Shown here one piece after another: positions 1 through 13,200 of a stretch of 64,000 bases of DNA; within the stretch, counting starts at the first letter, position 1; each line of letters begins with the position of its first letter. This DNA comes from Enoplolaimus lenunculus. Taxonomy: Eukaryota. The notes beneath the pieces were generated by a model, which worked only from the letters and a program-made list of their open reading frames with translations, ran no database searches and was not told the DNA's origin. The stretch is from NCBI GenBank assembly GCA_030248215.1, contig JASANG010002214.1, positions 124,001 to 188,000 of the forward strand, read 5' to 3'. The position numbers and the translations under genes were made by a program.

Positions 1-78
1 ACAATAATGTGTTCCTTAAGGCATAGTTGCATTGTTTCGTGGCGTTTATATACAGTGTTGCTGTTTATAAGTACGTAT

Positions 79-279
79 GGCCCATGTAAAGATCACGGGC
101 GGAGAGTTTTTTTGTGGGTCTAGAATAGTGTAAGGTTAAGCGGTAGATTAATTTTTTGCTTGGCTTAGGCTTAGGCTTAGGCTTAGGAATATGCTCATTC
201 TTACGCTTAGGTTTAGGTTTAAGCTTAGGCTTAGGAATATGCTTATAATACTGTTCCGCTTCTGTTCTTTACCTTGACC
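79..279 (+). mobile_element. TTAGGC-carrying MITE (Merlin-like family A)
   Basis: Left TIR GGCCCATGTAAAGATCACGGGCGGA, right TIR GTTCCGCTTCTGTTCTTTACCTTGACC, internal (TTAGGC)n blocks. Confidence 0.8.
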
Positions 280-527
280 AGTAGGTTCATAGATATTTTT
301 TCGTTCAGACGTTAATCGTTATAAATGCCTACTTTTATTACCCCTAATCCTAAAACAAAGCCTAATCGTAATTTTAATTCAAATCTCACGTCTGAATATA
401 AAGCTAAATCATGAGTCTAAATCAAAGGCTAAACTTTCTAGTCTCTGTGTCGCCAACTCCTGCTGTCTCTTAGTTTAATAGGAGCCAATTGCTACAAAAT
501 CTACATTGAACCGGTCTCAGCGACACA

Positions 528-3095
528 ATGGAATCCAATCCACCGTTCGATCACAACAGCATCGCCAATTCGTTCCGGCGACTCTCTGAACAGTCGAAAC
601 TTGATTTGCAGTCAGACATCGGAGACTCATCGCGATCAGTTGCACCAGTCGATCCGGCGACAGACACAGCCGAGCGTCGGTTTCAATTTTTAATTCTATT
701 CGGCGTTTTGTTTGTTGCACTTGGTTGTCTATGGATTGCAGTTGCGTGCATTATGTACTCGGTTATTTCGAGCACTGTTCAATCTGGCGAAGCTGACGTT
801 GCGTCAATGAACGAAGGCCGCTGGTTGATGGCGTATGTTCCGGTTTGTGGAATTTTAATGATTATGTTTTTTTCGTACCGCTACGAAACACTTTATATCA
901 GTGCTGCGGTTACGGCAGTACTTTCTGGCGTTTCAGCATGGACAACGTTATGGGTATACGGGTTGAATGTGTCCCGTTTGCTGGACACGACAGTTGATCA
1001 CAAACTTACTGGCGAACATTCGATATGGCAACTCAATGGTGGACTTCTGTTTGGGCACACAACGCGTCAGATTACCGGATATGTGCAAGCTGCAATCGCA
1101 ATGCTACCAATTGCACTTGGAACACAATTGACTACAATTTTGACAATGGTCAACTTAGTTCGTTTAGGATATAAACAGTACGGTCCTACGCCATTAACGA
1201 GATGGGTTAAAATACGTCTGACAACATGCGCCACACTACAATTATGTTGTGTCCTGCTGAGTGTACTTATTATTAGCTATGTGATTAAAAATGATTTTAC
1301 ACCAACGTCAACATTTGTCGCCGACGAAGTGTCCAGCAGTTGTAATATGCTCGTTTTGGTGATTGCCGTATTCTACTTGAACTATTGCCGGTGTTCTGAC
1401 ACGATCTGCACGCATCATTTGCGCTCAAATATTATTCTACTCAAAGCCAGTATTGCACTGTCAGCCATACTGTTTATTGGCGAAATTTATTCAACATGGA
1501 ACGCGTACGTGGTTACGGTGGTTGTACGCCAGCGAGCTTCAACGTATACCAGTATTATAAATCAAGGTTCCAGTTCAAACAATTTACCGTCGCAAGAAAT
1601 ATTAAATTGGAGCGACGCTGCGGTCAAACGGGCGCATTTTATGGAACATATAATTCTTCCGATGAATTTCGGCTCACATTTTGTTCGAGCTACGCTGAGT
1701 GGATATTTAACTGTAACCATTTATCAGACGGTATACGCGCCAAGTGCTAGGCTCAGCGTATGTTTGGGACACTCTGTGATACGCATTATACGCTGGTGTG
1801 CTGGTATTAGCTTACTAATTGCAACGATATACATTATGATAGATATTAGCTACGCAGCGATTCAAAAAGGATACCACGAGTCACTGGGTTACACTGGAGT
1901 TACCGTATTTTACGCAACTCTAACTGGGATATGTTTAGCATTATTTGTTCGAAATCAACTAACCGCATTGCCGGCGCTTGCATTGGCTTTATCTGTTATT
2001 ATTTTGTCAATATCATCGCACGGGCTATTTGTACACGTATATGGTACGTTTTCAAGCGATCCAACAATGGATTTAAACGCAATTAAAAGTGCAAAATTGC
2101 AAAAACAATTGCACGCAATGCGGTTTGCTGAAGGTGTTTTTGCCGTTATATGTGCAATATTTTATTGCACGCTATGCGTAATGTTAGCCCGGTTGCTATA
2201 TTTCAATTCGTTGCGAGCAGGCCAATTTAAGCTCGCAGTAGGGACAACCCAGCGGCATGCGTGCTGGCTACGGTGTATTGGAGCTTGTCTAACAACTCTC
2301 GGGGTCGTTGGATTTGTTGTTGAAGTCTGCGTTGATCGTTATAAGAAATCGTATCGGCATTTAATTGGTCGACATAACATTTACGAGTTAATTATTACTA
2401 CTTTGCTGGGAGTGGCTCAAATTGTGATCTGTCACAGCTCTGATTGGTTTTTAGCGTTTGCTCCGGTTCTCTTATTAATGCTTATGGGCAGCGTTGTATT
2501 TACGTATAGTTATTTTAACGCCGAGACTACGCTCATTCATGCGGTTTTACTAACCGTTGACGAAGCGGATTTTATGAATGAAATTTCATTGATAAAAGGC
2601 TCGTATCGAACTGTACTGCTAATAATGTGTGGTCATGTGATTTACATTGCTCAATGGATTCTGATGGTCATATCGTTGTTTACGTGTGCGGTGACGTTGG
2701 AACTGTTATCTCAACCAGGATTTGAATCAACAAATCAGTTTGAATTGAGTACAGTTCAAGTTGAGCCAACGAATTCTGTGACGGTTACATCAGAGGATCA
2801 ATGTGATGAAATCAATGCGACGTCAGATACGTGTATCAATGATAATCATAGTTATTCAGCAACAACAATATCAAATATTACCGCTACGTCGTCAGAAGCG
2901 AACGTTAGTTGTATTCGTAAATTTTCTCAAAATGGCCAAGAGCCTGCTTCTGTTATGCAAATCAATGCAAATGAGCTTACGGAGCATCATCATTGGAGCT
3001 CGATGAGTAACATTAAACTCAACGCCGAGCAGGTGAACCGCGGGTTGAATTTCTGCGTCAAACAGTCGAACCATTTACTTACGGCAAAATACTGA
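528..3095 (+). CDS. Intronless 855-aa polytopic membrane protein, about 16 TM helices, unknown family
   Basis: Uninterrupted 2568-bp ORF in AT-rich DNA. About 16 hydrophobic segments, a polar N-terminus and a Ser/Thr/Asn-rich C-terminal tail. Confidence 0.85.
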   Translation: MESNPPFDHNSIANSFRRLSEQSKLDLQSDIGDSSRSVAPVDPATDTAERRFQFLILFGVLFVALGCLWIAVACIMYSVISSTVQSGEADVASMNEGRWLMAYVPVCGILMIMFFSYRYETLYISAAVTAVLSGVSAWTTLWVYGLNVSRLLDTTVDHKLTGEHSIWQLNGGLLFGHTTRQITGYVQAAIAMLPIALGTQLTTILTMVNLVRLGYKQYGPTPLTRWVKIRLTTCATLQLCCVLLSVLIISYVIKNDFTPTSTFVADEVSSSCNMLVLVIAVFYLNYCRCSDTICTHHLRSNIILLKASIALSAILFIGEIYSTWNAYVVTVVVRQRASTYTSIINQGSSSNNLPSQEILNWSDAAVKRAHFMEHIILPMNFGSHFVRATLSGYLTVTIYQTVYAPSARLSVCLGHSVIRIIRWCAGISLLIATIYIMIDISYAAIQKGYHESLGYTGVTVFYATLTGICLALFVRNQLTALPALALALSVIILSISSHGLFVHVYGTFSSDPTMDLNAIKSAKLQKQLHAMRFAEGVFAVICAIFYCTLCVMLARLLYFNSLRAGQFKLAVGTTQRHACWLRCIGACLTTLGVVGFVVEVCVDRYKKSYRHLIGRHNIYELIITTLLGVAQIVICHSSDWFLAFAPVLLLMLMGSVVFTYSYFNAETTLIHAVLLTVDEADFMNEISLIKGSYRTVLLIMCGHVIYIAQWILMVISLFTCAVTLELLSQPGFESTNQFELSTVQVEPTNSVTVTSEDQCDEINATSDTCINDNHSYSATTISNITATSSEANVSCIRKFSQNGQEPASVMQINANELTEHHHWSSMSNIKLNAEQVNRGLNFCVKQSNHLLTAKY

Positions 3096-3247
3096 TCCGA
3101 GTGGGGTTGGCTAAAACTTGTAGGGTAAAGTGTGCATCACGAGCATAGTTTTGTAGACGTACTGAAGAACTCAGAACGAGGCGTCTGCTCGATACAGAGT
3201 TAAACAGATTTTCTTCCTCAATGAGATAGCTCACAAAAACACTAATA

Positions 3248-3687
3248 CTGTAGTGAGCCGAATAAGAATGGAGGACAATAAGAGGAGGTCCCCATTTTGA
3301 GTCCTAATCAATATGAGTCGGTATCCCTATATAAGAATCCGTAAGCGGATAGTCTCTAAACCCTAATTATAGTCCATAAATGTCAATTATCCCTAATTAA
3401 AGCGCATTTAGTGGACCAAATAATCTTGAGTTCGAAATTTTTAAGTGCACTTAAGTTTTGAAAGCAACATTCCAAAGTATAGCCTTGTATTTTCGCTCAA
3501 GCTTTTGTGATGCAAGGCAAAAAACGGTTAGTTCAACGGATAGTTGCAATACCGGATATATCAGTAAGGAAGGGTGGCGGAGGGCTGTTTGAAAATAAAT
3601 AATAGTCCGTAACCGAATAACAAGGGAGGGTACCCTCTGAAGAGGTCAAACAAAAATTAGTCCCCTCTCTTATTCGAATCACTACAG
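3248..3687. mobile_element. About 440-bp TA-flanked non-autonomous DNA transposon (Tc1/mariner-type termini)
   Basis: TA|CTGTAGTGAGCCGAATAAG ... CTTATTCGAATCACTACAG|TA. Homologous copies elsewhere in the window. Confidence 0.8.
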
Positions 3688-3955
3688 TATAAATATTGAA
3701 CCTGCCTAAATGAAATCTTTACTTCATTCATGATAGAAAGCTGTAATCAACTGACAAACATACCGTGTATGGTTGAGCAAAGTAAAAACGTTTATTAAGT
3801 TTTTTCATATATATGGGTATATATTTCTAAACTATAAACTTGGATTATAGAGAAAATCTAAAGGTTAACCGAGTCGTTGAAAATTCGTCCTAATCCATAA
3901 CTTATTGGGCTAATGCTAATTGGTGCTGCAAAACCGATCATGTTTCTCGATAGAC

Positions 3956-4207
3956 CAGGGTGTAACCGGATATCCGTTTCTGTTTCGCAGAAACGTTGCA
4001 ATTCTTCGAAGTGAAATAAAAGTTACGAAATTTATCTAGAATCTTAAAAATTTCGATGCATTCGCCATTTTTTTCTAAATTTTACAAAGCCTACTGAATA
4101 TTCCTCAATGGTATTGGCAGAAACATAAAAAAGCCTTGAAACTTTTATACTTCAATATCCGTTTTCCGTTTTCGTTTTCGTTATTTTTACTAACCGTCTA
4201 CACCCTG
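3956..4207. mobile_element. CAGGG-terminated MITE (hAT-like)
   Basis: CAGGGTGTAACCGG ... CCGTCTACACCCTG. Related ends at about 54267-54597, 55526-55894 and 62165. Confidence 0.5.
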
Positions 4208-4514
4208 GCTAAGATAATAGTTGCAAATCGAACAATACTCAACAGTGTGAACGATAAAGTTATTTTTTAAAGAATTATCCATTGCTATTAACCTGAGATC
4301 CTACTTATATACAAGCTGGAATGGAATTAAACGCGTGAACCGCATAAACACGCAAATGAACCCTAAAGCTCTATGAGTCTCCCAAATATGACCCTTGACC
4401 ACACAGGACCAGCCACAGAATTTTATGGTCCGCAATGCTGAAAAAATCGTGATCGCTTCAGTACATTCTTAATCACTAATATATATGCCAAATATTTTAT
4501 ACAGTCAGCTATTG

Positions 4515-4714
4515 CGGCATATGTAAAGGTCTGGGGCGGAATGTTTTTCTGTGGGACTAGAATAGAATAAGCTTAAGCTTTTGACTAATTTTTTTGCTTG
4601 GCTCAGGCTTTTGGCTTAGGCTATAAACTCATTCTTACGCTTACGCTTAGACTTACGCTTACGCTAAGGAGTAAGCTTATGAATACTGTTCCGTCACTGT
4701 TCTTTACATTGGCC
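4515..4714 (+). mobile_element. TTAGGC-carrying MITE (family A)
   Basis: Same internal layout and right TIR CTGTTCTTTACATTGGCC as the other copies. Confidence 0.75.
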
Positions 4715-4753
4715 GCTATTGGTAAAGTACTAAAGAATTCAAATACAAAGTGC

Positions 4754-4929
4754 CAGTGGCGGATCCAGGATCTCAAAATGAGGGGCAAAATTTAATAGGT
4801 AATAAACTTACTTTTGACCCATACACAAACCACGAACTATTGTCACAAAATTGCTATATAATTTTTGTCAAGCGAGATGCTGTTGGGTGGGGCCCACGGC
4901 CGGGGTGGCCCCCCATGGATCCGCCATTG
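4754..4929. mobile_element. hAT-like MITE with 8-bp TSD
   Basis: TIR CAGTGGCGGATCC/GGATCCGCCATTG; TSD CAAAGTGC on both sides. Inverted sister copy at 34096-34273. Confidence 0.85.
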
Positions 4930-5381
4930 CAAAGTGCTAAGTAATCCTTAATATATACACTGCAACAATTGATCTAATGGAATTGAGACTTCTACTGTAC
5001 TACCGCTGCTGTTATCGTTGGTTCCATTGAAGGAATGATATTGGCTCGTTCCCTGAATTGAACTTCATTCAAAATCGGAGCGAAGTCAAACTTGAATCAT
5101 ATCTTAATCCTAACCATCTTCAAATAGAATTCAAGTGTTATCTTACCGCAGGAGCGTATACATGAAAAGGGCTCATGAGATCTGTCTCTTAGTAATAATT
5201 TATGGGGCGGCAAGAAAACTGCGTACAATCCATTGACTAAATCGGTTGGATATTGGTTGTCAAAAGGTTAAACTAAAGTCGTAAAACTTATTCTCCAGAA
5301 TAAAACCCTGGCAACGTCCTTGACGGTGCGTTTGATTTACAGCATTTGGGTTTGACTCAACGTCAATGGTGCATATATTTG

Positions 5382-5778
5382 CAGTGGCGGATCCAGGGCG
5401 GATTTTTAGGTGCCCGTGAACCCGATTTGGCATATAAGCAAGAAATTTTGTCAAATATAGCAACAAATTTTGTCAAATATAGCAACAAAATCGCTTCCTG
5501 CTTAGGGCCGGTAGCCAGGGGTGGCCAGGTAGGCTCAGTTCTCCATGGAAAAATTTTGGCCCCCCTTAGAAAATTTTCAAACTTACTTGCAGGTCAACAA
5601 AAACCGTTATATGCCTCTCCTGAAAATTTTTTAGCCCCCCCCCCAGGCAAGGTGAGCAGGCTACGGGCCTGTACTGTTGTGACTTTACCAATCGGTTGTA
5701 TGCGTCTAATGAATCGCTTTGGTTCCTGTGAGTCCCAATTTGTGAGGTCGCCTTAAAATTTTCCTGGATCCGTCGCTG
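5382..5778. mobile_element. CAGTGGCGGATCC-type MITE with a nested CAGGCCCGTAGCC-type MITE (about 5503-5670)
   Basis: Outer TIR CAGTGGCGGATCCAGG/CCTGGATCCGTCGCTG. The inner element is shared with 22020-22197, 22543-22690, 42805-42930, 47229-47398 and 50898-51055. Confidence 0.65.
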
Positions 5779-5805
5779 ATATTCTACTATATGTATGGGT
5801 ACGTA

Positions 5806-6018
5806 CACTGCAAAAAAATGGTGAGTCAAATTGTTACTCTCTCCGAAATAGGCTGCACGGGACTACACACACTGAGCCTGATTCGACTCCGAAAAAGTCA
5901 AACGTGCGACTCAGCGAGTCGAATGTGACTCTGGTGGAGTCGAATGTTGACTCAATTTGTGTAGTCCCGACAAGCCTATTTCGGAGAGAGTCAATTTGAC
6001 TCACCATTTTTTGCAGTG
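5806..6018. mobile_element. Palindromic TA-flanked MITE
   Basis: TA|CACTGCAAAAAAATGGTGAGTCAAATTG ... CAATTTGACTCACCATTTTTTGCAGTG|TA. Sister copy at about 39000-39203. Confidence 0.85.
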
Positions 6019-7232
6019 TAAAAACACATGAACAGACGAGAGTTTTAGTCGTTTTCATTCTCGGTCTTCGAGGCCGACCGTGGTACGGCAAAACCGTGCA
6101 ATTCATGCAACGTTGCCTGTTTTACCAGATGCGGCTTTGATTTGCTTGAATCTTGTTTTTGTCTATACTCGGCTTCGGAAATTATCTAAAATTTGATGCC
6201 AGATGAATGACCCATGTATAACATATAAGGGCATACCCAATAAAATCCTAAGCATATGCCTAAACCTAAGTCTAACACTAAGTGTAAAATATAAGCGTAA
6301 CCATAATCCTAAGCTTAAGCCTAAAGGACTGCGCTGTACACCGTATAAAAATCTTAAAATGCTGTACAGCGGCGCGCCTGTAATAAATTTTACATATATT
6401 TGAAGCGGCCGACGCAATACGGAAGCGAACGGCGGCGTCTTTTGAAGTGTGATGGCGGAAGACCCCGAGGCGGAACTTTGTGAAGCATAGACATATATAG
6501 AGCAACGTTAAGTCTAAGCCTAAGTACAATCCTTCAGGCTGTAAATAAACTGGTCTTCTTGCAATCCCAATGGTACAGTAGTTCCTTAAAGTGGACCCAA
6601 TGAGCTTTATTAGTGAATAACCGCAGAACAAGCAGTTGAACGGGGCCCCAAACGTAACGTTTACTGCAACTTAAGGTCTTTTCGGCTATTTCCCCATGAA
6701 GGATCGATCGACCAAAAATGATCCGATTTCTAACTTTTTTCATATTTAAAAATCGAATATTTCAAAAATTCAAATTTTGGTGCGAACTGATCAGGAGAAA
6801 TGCATACGAAGATCAAATATGCAAAAATAATTTCGAAATCGAACCATTTTTAGGCGAACGTCGGCTGCAGATGAGATGAAATCGAAAAAAAAAACTCTCA
6901 ATGTTAACTGAAGGTGTTTCAGTACTGCACTCTTTTTGAAACGCTGTCTTCGGTTTCAGTTTTCAGTTAAGATCGCGTTTTTTTTCAGGATTTCAAATCC
7001 ATACTGGTATGCTAAAACTGTCAGACGCGTAAACCAGACAAGGCTCAGAGCGAAATTTTGGGCCCAAATACGAAAGTTTTAGCAGGGCCGCTTGTAGGTC
7101 TTACGAAATTCCCATTGATTCTCCTTCTAAAATTGTTTTGACGTTCCAAGCATGCTACACTGGAAATTTTTTGTTTATGCAAAACCCTGTGACATCATTT
7201 TAAAACGTTGCGATTGGATTGCACCAACTGCG

Positions 7233-10200
7233 TTAATTAATTCTGGCCGCTGGTTGGTCAAAAAGTGTCAACTGTATCGAATGTGATTGGTTTAAACTTA
7301 CGTCAGCGTAACTCGCCAAATCGCTAGTCGTTTCAAAAAACATGTCGTCCAAAAAGAATTCGTGCTCATTTCGAATGATAGCCAACTTTGGAAGTCTCAA
7401 AATCAGACCTAGAATTATCAAGTTTACGGTCCGTGTGAACTATATGAGGGCCTATCCTTTAAGTCTAAACTCAAACGTAATCCTGACCACAAGCCTACGA
7501 CTGAACCTAAATCTAAACTAATCCAGTCTCTAAGTATCGAAGGCTCTGTGTATCCCACTGGACAGGCATGTATAATTAACATCGGCCAAGTTGAAAAAGC
7601 AAGAATCTGCAAACAAAAGAGTGAAACGAGTTACGGGTGGCGCCATTGCGATATACTCGTTGTGTGGCGCTGTTCCTCGCCGTGCAACGAACGGTGACGG
7701 ATTGCGACGCAATGCGATGTCCGGCGACGGACATCTCCTGAACGCATACAATTTTAAAGGTACAGCGTCGCTTTTACAATTATCGACGTTCAGATTGGAC
7801 GTTTTAGCACTGCACAACAGAACCCGTAACTCCAACGCTTTTCGAGCATATGTCGACACGAATGCGTCCGGTATTAAGCATACACGGTTTACAGTGCAGC
7901 AGGTATGGGTCTTGTCGGTTATCTGCCCCAGCCCGCGTTTGTCCAAAACTGGTCGGATTTTGAAACTTTTTGCATATTTGAGCTGCTCCTGATGTGCCCT
8001 GATCATTTCACATCCAAATTTGAATTTTTGAAAAATTTGATTTTTTAAGCTCCCAAGGTCCATCCTTGGTCCCAAAAGATTTTTAGTCCAAAAGTTTAAC
8101 AAATTATATATCATTTGATGCAGGTCGGAGCTAAGTTCAACAACCTTAATTGTTTTTGCAATCAGACGATTGGTTAACGAATTATGGTGGACTCAGTTCT
8201 GCAAGCTGCATCGAATGACATAGAATTTGTCAATCTTTTAGGCAAGTTTTTTCTGTTCCAAGGGGGGATTTCGGGACCTGAAAATATTGAATTTTTCAAA
8301 AATACAAATTTGGCCATGGAATTATCAGGGGATGCCATTAGAAGGCTCAAATATACAGAAAATTTCAAAATCCCAACACACGCAAAATAATATTTCTGGT
8401 ATTTAAGAAAAAATTTCTTACATTTAAGAAATATGATTAGCAAGGTGCACTTGAAAAGCATTTCTGTTATGACAGAGAAGTTTTCAAAAAAGTTTTGAAA
8501 TAAAGTCTAAAAATTAACGTTTTCCAATTATTTTTAGAAAAATTGTCTTAAATATCAGAAAAACTTTTCAGATTTGCCACAGAAAATACATTTGGGCTGG
8601 GGGATAACCGAAACGACCCGCAGATATAGTGCACGTGCATATAATACACAAGCATATTCCTGCGTACTTTCAAAACAAATGTTTACCTGTAACAGCACCT
8701 CCTAAGATTCCCATCACAAGTGAAATGAGTAACGCCCCGACTTGAAACCCTGCTTGTTGTCCGGCTGACCGGTTCGGAAACACAACGTGGGTTTGATCGG
8801 TGAGGTCGCCTCGACCAGGAAAAACCGATGTAAACCTAAACCAGTGATAATGGCGTCAGCCAGAACAATAAAATAGTTTAAATTGCCACGACAACGCTAT
8901 GAAACTTGTTTAGGCTGTGCCGAGTCAAGCTGGCTTTTTTAGACCAGTAGGGAACAAACGACTTTTATTGTTACTGTTGTTGTTGTTTTAAAGCTCGAAA
9001 AAGTTTATTAAAAACTGTTGCCAACATCGCGTTTTGAGTTTTGAAACTGCAATTTAGAATTCAAATAGCAAATTTAACGTAATTAACATTAGATTAATAG
9101 TCAAAAATTGTGTCTATGCTAATTTTTGTTTCAATATCTTGGCAAAATGAGGTTGAACGAGTGTGAGAATTTGCGTAAACTGTGGCAATTTTGATTAAGC
9201 GTCACGGTGTTGCATTTCGGTTGAAATGTTTGGCCCATGTAAAGATCAGGGGCGGCAAGTTTTTCAGTGGGACTACAACAGAGTAACGCGTAAGCTTTAG
9301 ACTAATTTTTTTGCTTGGCTTAGGCTTAGGAATATGCTCATTGTTACGCTTAGGTTTAGGTTTTCGGCTTAGGCTTAGGCTTAGGCTTAGGAATATACTT
9401 ATAATACTGTTCCGCCCCTGTTCTTTACATTGGCCAAATGTTTTAAAACCAAACAACAAAACTTAGCGTTGATTGCTGTAAAATACTGTAACTTTTGGTT
9501 TTCTGGTTGACGCAAATGTTTTAGGTTCATACAAATCCACCATATACCAAAAACAACTTAACACCGATTTACGTGTGTTTATATTGATCTTCGGTCGCAG
9601 TCGCACAAAGTATAATCGAAACAATCCCGCCTAGAAGTCCTGGCATCCCGTGCAAGTTGTGAACCCCGCATGTGTCGTGAATTTTAAATTTTGATTCTAT
9701 CATTGGCGCCTATAAAATCACAACGCGAAATAATAATCAAACTTGCCTGCAAACATAAGCAGTTGGGCCCATGTTTAAAGGGCGTCCAGGTTTCTGGAGG
9801 GTATACAAAAGGAGTAGGTTTCGATTCTAGATTACATTTTTTGGGCAAACATAAACAGTTGGGCCCATGTTAAAGGGCGTCCAGGTTTCTGGTGGGTCTA
9901 TAAAAGAGTAGGTTTAGATTCTAGATTACATTTTTTGGCTTACGCTTAGGCTTCGGCTTAGGCTTAGGCTTAGGAACACATTTTTGCAACGCTTAGGTTT
10001 AGGCTTAGGCATAGAGAAAAATCTACTGTTCCGCCGCTGAAAGTAATATTGGCCCAACAGTTGCATTCATTTTTAGAACGGAAACAAAATAAAACATTTT
10101 ATATTCAAACAACTTCAAATCCAGTGTTATAAAACGCGAATTTTAAACGATAGTTTTCAATTATGCATGCAAATCTAATAATTGGCGGAACGTATATCTT

Positions 10201-13200
10201 GAACTTTGATAAACTTATTAGGAAACTTTATAGCGCATATTGTGGGAATTGTAAGGTTTCAAAACCAAATTCTAAATTTCAGTTTACAGAAGCAGACAAG
10301 CAAGATGTATATGCCATAGAACCATTTTACGTTATCTAATAAGCAGGGTACTACACCAGGAGGCTTACGCTTAGGCTTGTTTTTAGGCTTAGGCTTAAGC
10401 TTTCAGTAGACGGGCAGTTGTAATTGATTTTAGAGGCGAGAAGAATGACGTATTTGCGATAGAACCGTTTTACGTTATCTATCAAGTAGGGTACCACATG
10501 AGGAAGCTTACGCTTAGGCTTTAGGCTTAAGCTTTTAGTAGTCGGGTAATTGCAATTATTTTGCAGGCCAGAAGAATGATTCGGAATATGCCGTACCAAG
10601 TATTGAAATCCGGTAACTGATATGATACCAGCGCAACTTCCAATGATAACTGCGCCAACAGGAGTCATCATCAGATTGGCGGACGCACCTACAGCGACAC
10701 CTCCGGCCAAAGTGGCGTTTTGAATGAGGTCCTTAAAAACGTGTGGTAATAGTATATAATCTTGGGTGTATCCACGATTTTATAACGGGAACGGTTTATA
10801 CGGGCCAAGGTATGGAATCTAAACCCGCGTAGAAATAAAACAGACGCTGTCTACACTATAGATCCCGGCGAGCAGAGTTCAATGTCACCAAGTTTTCTTC
10901 TCTAAAAGGCCGACGGCTCGAAGGTTATCGGTCGTACACACAAAAAAGTATTTCTGAGTTTATTCAGAAAAGTGTTTTCTGTGGCAAATCTGAAAAGTTT
11001 TGCTGCTATTTAAGACAATTTTTCGAAAAATAACTGGAAAACGTTTGTTTTCAGACTTTATTTCAAAACGTTTTTTGAAAACATTTCTATTATAACAGAA
11101 ATACTTTTCAAGTGCACCTTGCTAATCATATTTCTCAAATGTAAGAAATTTTTTCTTAAATATCAGAATTATTATTTTGAGTGTAAAAGTTCAGTGCCAA
11201 ACGGTGTGGACTTGAAGAAAAATTATCTGTCACATTCAAGGTTGCGTTATCCGGCGTAGTCCGTCATCCGCACGGTTCCGCCCGTCACTGTGCGTTTACC
11301 GGTCCGTCATCGTGAGGTTTTAAATGTCATGGAAACAAAACTCACTTCTTATCATTCTATGGGGCCCTGATAGTTTGTAACTGAAACTGATTCTACGTCC
11401 ATTGCAAGTTTAGCAAGCACTGGCGAATCCAAGGCGAATCCACCTTGGTGCAGGACTGCCCACACGGATCAAAATGAAAATGTTACGTTAAAATTTAGTA
11501 CTAAAATTGCGTTTGGCTTTTTACGCGCTTCAGTTGCAAGCTTACAGTCCACCGGTCGAAAATTTTTAGAATCCACCGCTGATGATAAAGCTGCTATATT
11601 ATAAAACCAATTGTGTAGTATGATCGAAACTAAATACTTTCAACCAAGAGTGTGTAAAATACAAGAGTGTGCAACTCTTGGGGTTTCGCGTGGTACAAAA
11701 TGTACCAGCCGACGTTGCGTTTTTGGCCGACCCCCTTTGTTTAGACCTGGCTTCGTTGTCCCATGCAATAGCCCAAATTAAACTACAAAAGAGCATGTTA
11801 GACGCCGCATACATAAACAGCCATGGTTCGCACTGGTTGTACCCCTCTAAATAAAGGGGGGTAGGGTAAAAAATGCAACGCGTGCTGGGTACATTCTTTT
11901 CTACACAGAAAGTGTCCGTTTGCATACTCTTGTTGAAGCATGCGCCATCCACTGTTGTTTCAACTAACCATATCAAATTCTGTACGTTGGTGATAAAATG
12001 CTGATATTGCGAACGTGACAAGAGTGCACGCAGACAGTGCTAAATAAGTGTTTACAACTGCACGCATACGACCGTCATCATCAATCGCTTCGGCACCGTT
12101 GAAACTTGGCCAAAACGTCCACAAAAATAGACAACCTGAAATATTAAAAGTTGGTCATGTGTAGGTGTTGTTAGAATGCAGGGCCAGATCATAATAGAGG
12201 CCAGTGATTGGCTGCCTCAAAGCCCGAGACATCCTGAGACCCATGGGTGTTTCAAAAACGACAATTTTGAATGAAGAAATATGTTTTGATACACATGTTG
12301 GCCAATGTAAATAACAGGGCGGAAGGCTTAAGAGTGAGCATATTCGTAAGCCTAAGCCTAAGCGTAAACCTAAGCCAAGCAAAAAAATTAGTCTAAAGCT
12401 TAAGCCGAATCTATTCTAGTCCCACAGAAAACCGTTCCGCCCCTGATCTTTAAATGGACCCACATGTTTTTATGGATGGTTATATATCTTCGTAGGTTAA
12501 CCCATATATCGAAACCGAAACCAAATTTCGGTGTTTAAATCAGCATCACAAAATATTTTAGTTCCTGTCAGATCTGGTGGGCATAATACATTTCTAGATC
12601 TACCATAATTCACAACATGATTTTCCAGGGCTCGAGCAGCCACCCCCATACCCCCATTTGGGGGTGGTCCCACGCGTAAATGGCCCCCGCCCTAACCGGT
12701 AGTAACAAAAACCGCCGAAGTTTTAAGATGCGTCTGACTTGTCGCTCGCTTCCCTTGCGAGTTTGGAGAAACCGTCATCCAAGCCTGCTCCGGCACTGTG
12801 GTTTTCTGACTCCTGTGCCTTTAACAAAAGCTATTTAAGTTTATCGATAATGCTACAAGGACCGTTGTCTCTGTCAACTTTAAAGCAGAAAACTCACAAT
12901 CTAAATAATCCTGGCAAAATAGGTTTTTAACCTAACCAGCCCTGGTGAGTTAAAATTGGAATAACGTAAACAAAGATTTTGCCTAATTAAACATACCAAT
13001 GATTGAAAACAAATTCGAATAATATACGGTTCCTTCGTTTGGATTTTTAATCGAAAATTCGTTATAGATGAACCGTGAGATAGTCAGCCCAAAATATGCT
13101 CCGAATACGTGAATTGTCATCGAACCACCAATATCGTTAGCCTAAATTCAAACACAAGCGTTTTAAATCGTTAAAAACAGAACAACTGCAATGTATAATA

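Noticed and set aside
150..240. True telomere or chromosome end
   Set aside because: TTAGGC tracts are short, degenerate, occur in both orientations and are mostly enclosed by TIRs.
7530..8114. 194-aa and 133-aa ORFs in the last Rh intron
   Set aside because: They cross MITE boundaries and show no recognisable domain.
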